Under the pieces are notes generated by a model. That model saw nothing but the letters and a program-made list of their open reading frames with translations. It was not told the DNA's origin and searched no databases. A stretch of 64,000 nt of DNA, taken from contig MEDY01000008.1 of assembly GCA_001724265.1 (NCBI GenBank), positions 1-64,000 of the forward strand. The letters run 5' to 3'. Both the position numbers and the translations under genes were made by a program. Positions 36,400-48,592 of the stretch are shown here, piece by piece. Each line of letters begins with the position of its first letter. The stretch's first letter is position 1. Origin of the DNA: Rhizaria sp. SCN 62-66. Taxonomy: Eukaryota.

Positions 36400-38676
36400 A
36401 TGAGTCTGCCGGTTGTCCCCGAGCTTGAGGCTTTGCAGGCCTCTCAGACGCCTGCCACTGACGCCCTTGTCACGCACTACCAGCGCACCCTGCGCGGTTT
36501 GATCGGCACCAAGTCCCGTTGCATGGTCCACGTCCAGGTTGTTGAGGCCACCAATCTTAAGTCCGCCGACCCCAACGGTTTCTCCGACCCATACTTCAAG
36601 CTCAAGATCGACAATGCGACGGAGCGCAAGGAGAAGACTCCCATCTTTAGCACGACCCTGAACCCGGTCTACAACGAGACGTTGACGTTCGTCCTCAAGG
36701 ACTCCAAGCTCGAGCACCCGATCCTCGTCGAGACGCTTGACTACGATAAAACCAACTCCAACGACTCCCTGGGCTTCGCCGTCATCCCCCTGGCCGACCT
36801 CCGCGAGAAAGGCTGGCTTGCCGGCTGGTTCACGCTCTCCGAGAAGCCCAACGGCTCGGGAAAGCGCCGCCCCGGCCGCTTCTACCTGCGCATCGTGATC
36901 GACCAAGACCGGAGCGAGATGCTCAAGTCCAAGCCAGGTATCTACGACCTCATCCGCACCGCGCTGCTCAACGCCGCGCGTGTCGCCGAGAAGGAGCGCA
37001 TTAGCTCTACCGCAGCCTCTGCCTTCTCCCCCGTGCCGTCCTCTCCGATGCCGTCCACGGCGATTGCGGCCGACGAGTCCATTTCACACTCGGCGGCCAC
37101 TGCAAAGGACTCCCCGGCCTCGCTCAGCAGCGGCGACCCCGACTCGAGCTCCGTCAGTGAGCAGCCCCCGTACGACCGCTCGCTCTCGCGCTCCTCCTCG
37201 CTGCACTTCGCTCACTGCGGCGCCCACGCCCCCGGCCAGCTTAAGCTGCTCGACGCTGGCAAGGCGCGCGCCGTCAAGGTGCTGTGCGCCACGTGGAACG
37301 TCGGCAACGCGCCACCGTCGACCCCCGAGCAGCTACGCTCGTGGCTCAAGCCGGGCGCGGACGTGTACGTGGTGAGCACGCAGGAGAACAACTATGCGCC
37401 GCGTAAACCGCACAAGACTCACATCGCCGACTGGGAGGCCGCGCTGACTGAGACGCTGGGCGACAAGTTCGAGATGCTGCGCGCCGAGAGCATGGGGCAG
37501 ATCCACCTCCATGTCTTCGGCCGCCGCGTGCTCCGGTCCGTGATCGACGTCGCGCAGGTCGTCAAAGCCAACGAGGCCACAGGCATCGCCAACGTCGGCA
37601 CCAACAAGGGCGGAACGTGCATCGCGCTGACTGTGCTCGGCACGTCGATGTGCTTCGTGTCGTCACACCTGGCCGCGCACACTACGCACACGGAGCGCCG
37701 CAACAGCGACATGTCGGACATTGCGCAGAGCATTAAGTTCAAGGGCATGTACAACCTGACCATTCTCAACGCGTTCCACCATCTCTTCTGGATGGGCGAC
37801 CTCAACTACCGCCTCGACTACGCTGGCGACGGCAAGGAGCCCGACGAGGCCAAGTTCGCCGAGATGCTCGCCATGATTGACGAGGGCAAGTACGAGGAGC
37901 TGATGCAGACGGACCAGCTCACGGCCTGCATGGCGCGCAACGAAGTCTTTGTCGGCTTTAACGACTGCCCGCCTCGCTTCAAGCCCACCTTCAAGGTCGA
38001 GCGCGACGTCGTCGAGCCCGTGTACAACAAGAAGCGCACCCCGTCGTACTGCGACCGCGTGCTGTGGCGTTCGCAGATGGGCTTCCAGAACCAGATCAAG
38101 CTGATCTCGTTCGAGTCCGCCAACGAGGTCACGTCTTCTGACCACAAGCCCGCTGCGGCGCTGTTCGAGGTCTCCGCGCCCGTGCCCGTGCCCGCCGTGG
38201 ACGACTCGCGCGGCGCGGCCGTGATCCGTCTCCACGGTATCGTCGCCTCCGGTCTGCCCTCGGTGGACCTCAATGGCAAGAGTGACCCGTTCATTCGCTT
38301 TTACTCGCCGTGGCTCAACCGGGGCAAGCCGGTCGAGACGGGTCACAAGGCGGCCACGCTCACGCCGCGCTGGCTGCCCGAGGAGCTGCCCCCGCTCAAC
38401 CTCGACATCAACTGCCCCGAGCGTCTGCAGCAGTTCTTCATCCCGTTCAAGATGTACGACCGCGACCTCACCTCGGAGAACTTCCTTTGCGGCGGCGTCA
38501 TCTCGCTGCGCGACGTTGACGTGTCCGGTAACGGGCAGGAGAAGGCCGTCGGCGTCATTCTGCAGGACAAGGGCGGCCTTATCTCTGGACAGGTTGCATT
38601 CACGCTTTCGGTGCGCTACGCCGACAAGCCCCCCGTGCCCGAGCTCGATGCGGTGATGCAGATCCCCCAGTACTAA
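36400..38676 (+). CDS. Inositol polyphosphate 5-phosphatase flanked by two C2 domains
   Basis: N-terminal C2 (ADPNGFSDPY, DYDKTNSNDSLG). 5-phosphatase motifs TWNVGN, NKGG, SSHLAAH, WMGDLNYRL, PSYCDRVLW and SDHKP. C-terminal C2 (DLNGKSDPF, YDRD). Start uncertain (acceptor-like CAG ending at 36390). Confidence 0.9.
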   Translation: MSLPVVPELEALQASQTPATDALVTHYQRTLRGLIGTKSRCMVHVQVVEATNLKSADPNGFSDPYFKLKIDNATERKEKTPIFSTTLNPVYNETLTFVLKDSKLEHPILVETLDYDKTNSNDSLGFAVIPLADLREKGWLAGWFTLSEKPNGSGKRRPGRFYLRIVIDQDRSEMLKSKPGIYDLIRTALLNAARVAEKERISSTAASAFSPVPSSPMPSTAIAADESISHSAATAKDSPASLSSGDPDSSSVSEQPPYDRSLSRSSSLHFAHCGAHAPGQLKLLDAGKARAVKVLCATWNVGNAPPSTPEQLRSWLKPGADVYVVSTQENNYAPRKPHKTHIADWEAALTETLGDKFEMLRAESMGQIHLHVFGRRVLRSVIDVAQVVKANEATGIANVGTNKGGTCIALTVLGTSMCFVSSHLAAHTTHTERRNSDMSDIAQSIKFKGMYNLTILNAFHHLFWMGDLNYRLDYAGDGKEPDEAKFAEMLAMIDEGKYEELMQTDQLTACMARNEVFVGFNDCPPRFKPTFKVERDVVEPVYNKKRTPSYCDRVLWRSQMGFQNQIKLISFESANEVTSSDHKPAAALFEVSAPVPVPAVDDSRGAAVIRLHGIVASGLPSVDLNGKSDPFIRFYSPWLNRGKPVETGHKAATLTPRWLPEELPPLNLDINCPERLQQFFIPFKMYDRDLTSENFLCGGVISLRDVDVSGNGQEKAVGVILQDKGGLISGQVAFTLSVRYADKPPVPELDAVMQIPQY

Positions 38677-39189
38677 GTACTAAGTCACTAAGTCGGTCGA
38701 GGCGGCCTGCATCGGCCTGATGATTGTGGTCTGACTTGGGGTCCTGGACGTCATTGGGCAAGGCCACTGTGTCGCGTGCGGGGGTGTAATGTGATATATC
38801 CTCCGCGTCACTGTTGGGTGCGTGCGTGTGTATGTTTGTCGTCGCCACAGCTCCTGAAGCTGCGGCTGGTAAGATGTTACTGTTCTTGTGTGAGTGATTT
38901 GCTTCTCATTGCTTCCGTTTATTTTGGTTCATCTGTCTCTTTTTATTGTTTGTTTTATGTTTGTTTTAACTCTTTACATGTCGTTGTATGGGCGGCTTGG
39001 GGTTGAATGGGCGATGCTTTGCTTGGTTCTTCTATGTTCAGTCCTGCCCTCCTCTGGCCGTGCTACGACTGCAGTGCTGGCTTCTCTTGGCCTCATTTCG
39101 TACATTTAATTTGTAAGATTATGTCTTTCTTGTTTGTCCTGTACAATTGTGTTTTATTTGTTTTCTTCTAAACCAGAGTCATCATTTCG

Positions 39190-39210
39190 TTGGTTGGTTG
39201 GTTGGTTGGT
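39190..39210. repeat. (TTGG)n microsatellite
   Basis: About five tandem TTGG units. Confidence 0.8.
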
Positions 39211-40370
39211 TCGCTCCTGCTCGTTCCCTTCGCAATTGTTCTTATTTTGACGTCTTGTACGTATGTTTCTTTGGCCAACTTATTTTGCTCAGCACACTCT
39301 TGTGGGCAATGCAACTCACCTTGGCCTCTGGTGTTACTTGATCTGAACTCAACTGTACGCAAAGCCCTCAAATCCGCAACTCCTGTACGTGCTGTCTCGA
39401 GTGCTGTAAACAACGTGTCTCGCTATGCAGTTGTGTCAGCTGTCGTGATGTGGCTTTGAGTACGGGTGGCTGACTTGTCTTGTAAAGGCAAGAGTGTTTG
39501 TGACAGCGTGATTTTAAGTCTGTTCTGTTCTATCACTACAAACAATAAAATGTAACAAAACATCTCATAACAAGTCTCTGAGCTACTATGCGTGAAGACA
39601 CAAATTGCATATGCACATGATGTCGTTTTGTGACTTAAACCTAATAATAGCTATAATGTGCAATATCTCTATATAATTACAACATTTTTTAATCCTGATG
39701 TGTGTTTTTTATTCGATTCAAAATTCGTGCCGGAGAAAATTGTGCACATCACGCAACTCGGGGCAATCACGAAACAAATCGCACAGTTTTTATCCGAAAT
39801 ACTGAATGAAAACTTGAAATGTTGCTCTATAAGTTCGATTCACATAAAGGACCAGTTTAATGGAACACAGAGTTTTCAAATTTATCAAAAAATACTGACC
39901 AGAGCGCCTATTATATCGCCGCAAAACGCTCTAAAGAGGGTATCCTACGGCCTGACATTTTTATGTCAGCGGGGAAATTGGTCTTCATACGGACAAGTAC
40001 ATCACATTAACATGTTGTATTGTGTTTCATCGAGTATCGAGTCTTACATGAATGTAAGTCGCAGACACAACTGTTTATCCTTTCAGACTACAACACACGC
40101 AGAGTACTGTGAGCGTGTTACGCCCACAGCCGCTGCAATGCGCGAGCACACCGTGTTGTACTACTGCGCCATTTATCGACTCGTTCACAATGGCGCCGCA
40201 TTAAGAGCGGATGCATCATGGCACTTCAAACCCAACTGGTTATCATCCTTTATCTTCAACATTCATCCACATTTTGAAGCGAGCAGCACCGAGGTCAATC
40301 ACAGTTCAAGGCTAATTCGATCAAATCGAGGCTTTCAGAACAAGTGAGACGTGTCTCGTTCGCCGCGCGC

Positions 40371-41320
40371 TTAGTTGCCGATGTAGTAGACCTGGTGCTG
40401 GGTGAAGGGCGATAGCTTAAGCGACGCGATCATCTTGTTGGTGAGGTACATCTTGAGCGCGCGGATGGGGGACGCGAAGGCCGCGGTGTTGTAGTCGGGG
40501 GTGACAAAGCACTGGGGCACGACGAACTGCGCGGGCTCGGGCTTGTACTCGGGGGTGACGTACTCGATGGGTGACGCGCACGCCCAGGGCCAGGGAACGT
40601 AGGCGGGCTTGTAGATGACCTGCTGCGACGCGGTGGTGACAGCGGTGGCGAGCTTGAGGCGAAGGGCAAGGTCCAGGGGAACGTAGGCCTGGCGCCAGGC
40701 AATGGCGTAGGGCGCGACGGGGGCCTTGAACTCGGGGGTGACCCACTCAGTGCAGAAGTCCTGCTTGGCGCAGTTGTTGGAGCAGGTGGTCATGTCGGCC
40801 TGCTGCTTCGCGAAGGGGAACTGGAAGGTGCACGAGTACTTGCAGAAGTAGCACTTACGGAAGTTGTAGTTGTAAACACGAGGGGGCAGGCCGAACTCAG
40901 CAATGGTCTCAGCGCTGAGGGTGACGTCCTGCTGGGAGACAGCAGAGAGGTCAGTGCTCGTGGTCGACTCGATGAGCGAGTTGTCCTTGGCAAAGACTAC
41001 GCAAGCAGACCGGTCAAGATGAAAGAAGCATGATGTAAAAGGGATGAGTGAGCAATACATGGGTGGATTGCTTGAGTAACGACATGATAATGATGCGATA
41101 CGGGGTCATACTGGACGGGTTTGCAGCGAATTGCCGAACATGGGCCTTAAAAGCGGCACAGAGCAAGATCTCAATGGATTGTTTTGCTATGAGATTGCCA
41201 AAGGTGACCAGGAGCTATTACTATGATATGACGTATAAGACAGAAAGCAAACAGAAAGACGAGACACGTACCAGCCGCCACAAAGAGGAGGACAATCGCA
41301 GCAATGAAGGAGAACTTCAT
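40371..41320 (-). CDS. Secreted Cys/Tyr/Pro-rich protein with VTP[ED][YF] repeats (~224 aa); exons 41320-41272 and 40996-40371
   Basis: Splicing the phase-1 intron 41271-40997 (GTACGT...CGTAG) gives signal peptide MKFSFIAAIVLLFVAAVFA. Strong C/G-ending codon bias. Ends in TAA. Confidence 0.75.
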
Positions 41321-43897
41321 TCCACACACACTGTCGGGACAAGGGGGAATAGGTGGACAAAGGGAAGCCATGTGCGGCGAGAGTGAGCGGTTTGCAAGGA
41401 GTTGATTCGTTAGGTACTTGCAATAACAACCGTCGTTTCATGCAATGTTCATCGCATCAGACTTCATGCATGTTGTGATGGCCAAAATCGAACGAGCACG
41501 ACGTCTCAAAGTCCATCATCCCAGCGACAAAGCTTGCCCGAATCCGACCGAGGAAGCATGCAGCAAAGGTCGATCAAATCGACACTGAAGACTGAACATA
41601 CGAAGTGAAACCCACAAAACGGTACAGGAATAGAAGTAATTACCCGAGACGAGGCACCAAACCTGCACACCAGTCGTTTCTCGCCCCCTTCGACCGACCA
41701 ACCTCATCAACAATGTATTTTCTCATTTTTCGGTCGCAGCACCCAGTCCCACCCCACCAACCGTCGTGTGGCTGGTTGGCTGGCTGCGAGCCAAACTGAG
41801 CATCGCATCTGGATATGTATGACGGGCTATATGTCGTCTTGTTGAGATCTAACTTTGTAGCCAAGATTTAAACATGCTTTGGTGCTTTGATCTAAAATAT
41901 TCTCGTGAAGGGGCGTCATATACCCTGTGTTCCACGTTCCTGGGATACGGCTTCTTCGGGAAACGCACCCCTCAAGCTTAGCGGGCACTTAGATGATACT
42001 GCGTGGGCCGCGAACTGCGGCTATGCGGATACTGTTCATCACTGAGCTAGGCCCGGAACATAGCATCACACCTTGCCAATGCGTTTTACTTATCGCGTTG
42101 TAGCTTGCTCCCAGCTTGCTTTTGCGTGAGGAAACTCGATCGGCTTGCCTTCGGTTTGGCCGTCCCACCCTCGCTTGAAAGTGCGGATTTAACGGTCAGA
42201 AATGACGTGTCATGATAGTGTTGTTGGTCTCAAGTTTTCTTTAATCATTGGAATATGCGAATCATTTGCTGATATCTTCCTTAATGCTGTGTATTCTTCA
42301 CGGGCCGGCATTGTGAATGATTCTGCCCATAGTCTCATTTTTGCGGGTCGACTGCTCTTCTTCCTGGTTGAACGGGATGATCGTGCATTCTTTGGTTTAA
42401 CCTCGACAGATCATTTAACCACCTATATAACGACTATATGTGACTAAGCTGTTCTTGTAGTTGATTGTATTGGGGCTGAGATGCGCCACTTTATCCCACC
42501 GGGCCTTTCAGGTGACCGTGAGCAAATATGGCGATTCACTACCTTCTGCATGTTTTATGTTCAGTCATGTCCTTAGATCATTCATTCTTTTGCATGAATC
42601 GAATAACCCATGTCTTTGTGTTCTTTTTTCGACATAGACTCGCTCATGTGTGGCATGTTTGTGTGTGGAGTGCCGTTCTTTTCGGCTCTTCGCCAAGGCT
42701 CGTTGGAAAAGGAGCAATATCAGGGTTGTTTATTCATGTTTAATCGGAGGTCTAAACACGATGTACGCCATTTCTTCAAGTTTGCGTATTATGCCGAGTG
42801 GTTTGAAGTATTTACTAGGAACATTATATTCTCTGTTTACGATTCACTCATCGCGAGAGGTGCGAATAGTGTTTGAATTTCAAATCATCCCCACAGTCAC
42901 CCCTGATGACACATACACAGCCTCTGCTTCTCTGATAGAAAGATACGCCGGGAAATATGAAATTATATTTCTGTATGGCCGAATTGTTAGATACGAGATC
43001 TGCCCCCCGCTTGTCATGAGCGCGTCTCTGCGACGCACAGTGTCCTGTAATTTAACGGGAAAGATGACTGTTCACCTCGAGGAGGCGGCTTGTCTTTTTC
43101 CACACCTGTCCCCGAACTTTGATAATAGCGTCACGTAAACATGGTGAAGTAGTATGTTCACTACGTAAAAAGCAACGCCCACCATCTGAGCACCCGTGCC
43201 TTGCACGATAACGCTTATGGTGCTCTTTATCCCAACATTCCAGACCATTTGCACCGTGGGGTGGGCCCCGAGAAGGGTGGGGGGTTGAGACACAGTTGGA
43301 CTACATCAGATTGATTTAAACCACATGTTATCATTACTGTTTCTGCCTGCTTGTGCTGCCATGACGAATTTTCGTGCTTAAGTTGCATTACTTCTTTATT
43401 TTTACGCTGTTGCATGTGCAATTCGTCTGTAAATCATGACCGAAAAACTTCCACAGGCCTTACCCCGGCCCCCTCAGCCCCCCAACACCGACGACGGAAC
43501 TCGTTCTAAAGCAAGCGTTCTGGTTCGTAGTGATGCAATGTTTAGCATTTGCTATATTTTCTGACTTGTTTATAATTAGTTTCTTACTTTTCTTCCCCCC
43601 TCTTCGATTTCTATCTCGCGGAAACCTTCGTAGAAAGCCACAGGGACCTCACGACGACGATTGTGGACGCCCCAGCTTACCCCCGAGATATCCCCTTGCA
43701 AACGTGTCCGCAAGGTTATACCTCTTTTTCCGGTCTCTTGACTTGATTTTTTATTATATAACTTGATTTTTCGAGTTGTGTCAGTGTTTGTCTTCGGCAC
43801 AGGTGTAGCTACTGTGGCTTGTACCGCCCACTTGCCCCCCTATCTGCACGCACCCCACGCGCCTCGCCAAGCCACGTAAGGTCCCCGAGACGTCCAC

Positions 43898-46800
43898 ATG
43901 TCTACCGAGCCTCCGAGGGGTCCTTCTACTCATGACAGTGTGAGCACTCCCCAGTCAGCCCGCAGGAAGCCCACGCGTACGCACACTAACACCGTCGAGG
44001 CTCGCCCTGAGCCTCCCAGTTCTGTGCCCCCGAGTGCCAGCACAGTTGGCGACGACTCGGCGGCCCAGCGCGTTGCTGTCGGTAATGACACACAACCGCA
44101 TGCCGGTCACCGACTTGACTTCGGCGGGAATGCACCGTCTTTCTCGCAAAACGCCTACATTCCTGATGCAACTGCCACATCTTATTCTGCTGGTACCACT
44201 GCATCCGTGGCAGCCGTCGTACCCATTTTCAACGTCCACGGCAATCCTGTTGCGACCCCTCCCGCGTCACTGACCGCCAAGGCTACGACGGGCGCGCGCC
44301 CCACAGGTCCGCCTCCGGGTCGTCGCGGCGTCAAGCGCGCCCTGACTGCCGCCACTGCTTCCAGGGCCAGAGACGCCGTAGTTGCGCTCTCGCCCGTTCT
44401 GACCGCAAATGCCGCGGTGCCAGCTGTGGTTGCCACCGCGAACGTTGAGATTGAGACTCGCTCTGTGACGGACACTGCGTCGAACAGCTCAAGCAACTTT
44501 GCGTCCGCCTCTGTGTCCGCCTCTGCTTCCGCCTCTGCGTCCGCGGCCGCCGTGGAGTCGCCGGTCTCTGCCGACGACTCTGTTGCATCTGCATCTGCTT
44601 CGGCCTCTGTCCCTGACTTTTCCGCTGCTTCTGCCTCTGCCTCAGTCTCTGATTGGGCCTCCGTCCCTGACTCTACCTCTGCTGCCGCCAGCACCGCTAC
44701 TGCCGCTGCCCCTCCCTCCGTGGCTGGCAGCGTGGCTCTCGGTTCTGGCTCCAGCAGCAGCATCGGCAGTGCGGTTGGCTCCAGGCGCCCGTCACCCTAT
44801 CCGATTCCGTCCCTTTCGGTCCCCAGTCCCTCTTTCGTCTACTCAATCTCGGCCTCTGTTTCCGTCGCCGGCCCTGCAGCCGACTCTGCCTCGCTTGCGA
44901 ACGCTCTCCCTGTTGACGGCATGGAGGCTGCTGCGGCCTTTTTGATGCGTGAGGACAACAACAACGCCACCCCAGCAGCCCAAATCAACAACACCGATGC
45001 ATCTGCTCCGTCAGCCTCTCTTTCCTCCGACCTCATCGAGCAGCAGCAGCCCCACCAGCAGCCCCAACTCCAGCCGCAGCAACAACAACAGCAACAGCAG
45101 CAGCAGTAGCATCAGATGCTGCAAGCGTGGTTCAATCAGATCTCGTCTTAGACCGTGTCGCAGTACATGCTCAACGCTCTCAAGGAGCACATTAGTTTCT
45201 ATGACAGCCCGCTTAACTACCTCTACCCACCGTTTTCACCCGTTCCCACGAACGACAAGGACGCCACTGCGCTGCTTGCACCCATCGACTACCCGAACTA
45301 GAACGCTACCCCCAGCCAGCTGTCTCTGGTAGTGCCCCTGCCACCGCAGCCTAAGTCCGCGAGTGTCCCGTTGCCGCCCACGCTCTCGCCGCTGGCGCGC
45401 GTGCTTGTGCACAACTATGTGTACGCAGAGTTGGAGGTCGCCACATCTAAGGAACCTCCTTTGGGCAATCGCGATGTGCCGTCGTGGTTCCACTTCTACT
45501 TGCTGCCGCGCGCACTGCAGACGCGGCTGTGCCAAACTTTGCCGCCATTACTCCATGCCTCGGTGTGCTTTGAGGCTGCCGCGGCCACCAAAGGCGTCTA
45601 CAGCGAGGCACTGCCGGTGCTTGCGCGCCAGATCGCCGAAATCTTGCCGATGCGGCCAGTCATGTCCGTCGCCGACACCCGGCCCACTGTCGATGACCCC
45701 GACAAACAGACTTATCCGCGTGCTAGTACATGGCGTCGCGCACTCACCGGTGTCGTCGTCGATTTTCGTCGCTTCGTCCTTGAACAAACCCGGCACGCTG
45801 CTGCTGGGCTGCCGCAGCCAATGATGCTGTGCTACCGCAATCGCTCTCCAGGCATGCACGCCCCCTCCGAGCTGCGCTGCTTTGCCGGCGCGGCTGCGGG
45901 ACTAGTGGCGCGTGATGATGACGGTAACCAGATCAACGATGCCATTAACAACTACAGTCTCAACGATAACCACTTTAGCAACGATCCGGCTTCGATTAAG
46001 GCCGCTATTGCAGGGACTGCGCGCGATGCTGAACTCGCACGGCTGACACGCATCATGAAGCGAATGCATGGGCTGCATACACGCGTGTATCGTCTGCAGA
46101 CATTGTATCTTGACCTGCTCAGGTCATGTCCTGTCGACATCTTTGAGTCGCTTCCTAATAGGGACGCTGATATCACTGCGATTGCTAGGGGTGCGATCAA
46201 CGTTTGTTTGCCGACTTCTATGATGTACTTTTGTGCGCCATCAAGCCGTGAGCCGACGACGGAGGATGTACGCGCTATGATCCAGGCTGCCTCGGCCCGC
46301 CACGCGCCGCCGCGCTTCTTACCACTTCCAAGCGATTTCTCTGACGTGTCGCGCATGTCCGTCGTAAGCGTTTTCAACGTGATGGGTTGCTCGCTTGAGA
46401 AGGCGAATCAACTGCGCGATGTGATCGCTGACGCAGAGGCACGTGTCAAGGGCAGCAACGATGGACAAGAAGCCAAGCAGCGCGCTCTCACTGATCTGGG
46501 TAACCTTCGCAGTGGCGTGGGTAAGTGGCTAGGCGAGCAGAAAACCGCCTGGGAAATGCGTCTTTACATTGCCCGCTCACACACGCGACTTGACTTCGCT
46601 CACCATGTTTCGTGCACCATGATGGACCGCTCTTCGACTGCTATTGCGATCCGTCCGCTGGTGTTGGGACAGGAGCGCGTGCACTGGGCTCACGGTGTTC
46701 CCAATGCGGTCAGTGGTCTCTGTTCAAAGCTTGAGTACGTGATTTTTGAGGTACTTTTTTCGCACGACCATCCCTTATTGCTGGACGAGAATAAGGATTG

Positions 46801-48592
46801 CTTGAAGGATGACCACCCGAACATGCGCTATCTCAACGCCTTTAACGCCTGGTCTGTCTTGGCCGCCGTGGCAGACATAGCCGTGCCTGCGACAGTGACA
46901 TCACAGTGGACATCATCCCCTGAAGCCGCGCGCGCCGCGCTCCCGCAGTGGCTCACTACGCAGCGGCGCCTAGCCAGCTTGGTGCCCCCCGCTCACCTAT
47001 CACTGGCTGACCACGACTGGCGCCATGTCGTCAGCGTCCTACGACCCAATATCATTCGTTGGCTTTCTCTGCAACGCGTAAGTCATCGTCTTAATGTGCA
47101 CACAACCGACTCAGCTCTTCGCCTCTTCGATATTCTTTTGTGCTCGGCGACGACTGATGTGCTGCGGAGCCCCTTTGCTGTCGTTGACACATGTTTGGAT
47201 CTGGCTGCTAAGGTGCATGACCGCAATGTTCTCTACCCGCTTGGCCGTGCGGCGGCTGACCTTCCTTTCTGTTTAAATCTCGAGGGTCAGGTTTTCGATC
47301 GGCTCGGTCACTCACTGCTGCACGCCACATCTGCCGATTATGCTGAGCGCATGATTACGACCGTTCCTCTGACACGCTCTATGTTGCCCCCCTTTGCGTT
47401 CAAAACTTCGCTCGCCGCGCGCATCCTTTTCCAGCTGTTTGACGCTGAAGTGGCCGCGCGGATCCGCGAGCGTGTGGCTGAGACTCGCCAGGACTGGCTC
47501 GCGCGCAAGAGCCCCCAGAATGTGTTCTCTGACGTTGAATGGCTGAAGCGGATGTTTGCGAGTGAAATCCATAGGAACGTGTCCCATCTGCCTGAAGTAC
47601 CATCGCAATTGAATGACAACACAATGGGACCTGATGCATGGCTGACGAAGCTTATCCAATAGCAGTTCACCACTATACGTAAGTCACTGCAAGATGTACC
47701 AGTCTCGGACTCCGTTGGTCTTGGTCCTGCCGTCTCAGATAACGTGGAGTAGTACATCAAGGGGCTCGCCCCCGCCACACTAATCATTGACGCATTGTGG
47801 GCCCTGCAATGCGCCGTGTCTCAGCCGATGCCCACCGCGGTGGCAGCGTCGCGCGGACTTGCCCTTCATGCCATCATCCCAGCAAGCATCCAGCGTTCCG
47901 AGAGCGCCACCACTGTCGAACTCCTGCTGCCGCATGTGGTGGATTTCGTCGACGCGATGGTTGAGATGGACACAACGTCTACGTGCGAAGTTACGCCTAC
48001 TAACGCGGACATCGACGAATCAGAGCACCAGAAGACCTGGCGCATCCACCCACACTCTGTCGCGGCGGAGCTTGTGCTGCGCACTGTGGACCGGCGCGTG
48101 TTCCACGACGCCGCCTTCTTCACGCGGCTCGCAGAGTACGACGGCGCCACGCCGCTCCAGTCTCCTGCGGTGACGGCGGCTGCGGGACTGCTGGTTGCGA
48201 TGATGCGGTTGCGCATTAACGCGGTCCAGTGGTTCGCGCAGATTGTCAGTCTCTTCGGGCTCCTTCCGGCGGACGTGCTTGCGGCCCGGGACAGGATTCT
48301 GGTGACGTTTCAGTTCATTTTTTGTGGAGAGCGCATCTCGCGCCTGCTCACGGTCGCGATGAACACTGAGGGCCAGTTTTACGTCTTCGATGCCACGGAA
48401 GATCCTCTGCCCGAGGTTGTGCTTCCTCGGGTTGATCAACTTCCGAAGGATACCTTCCAGCTGTTGACGATGCCGTGGACGGGACCCTTTTGGGAGTCGA
48501 CACTCAGGGCCCCACCTCATCCGCAAGATTCACACGAGCCCACTCTTGAGAGCGAGCTCGATGACATGCATGACGGCGAGGATGGCCGGTAA
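43898..48592 (+). CDS. Uncharacterised protein (~1564 aa) with Ser/Ala-rich N-terminus and globular-looking C-terminal part; in-frame TAG at 45107, 45149, 45299, 47660, 47750
   Basis: ORFs 43898, 45332 and 47795 share a frame. The linking segments, read by hand, contain only TAG and no TAA/TGA. Ends in TAA. Confidence 0.75.

Noticed and set aside
39658-40347. 229-aa ORF in AT-rich DNA
   Set aside because: GTG start, no coding-like codon bias and no motifs; probably intergenic or UTR.
47679-47738. Possible GTAAGT...CAG intron explaining the break at 47660-47795
   Set aside because: Even if real it removes neither TAG (47660, 47750).
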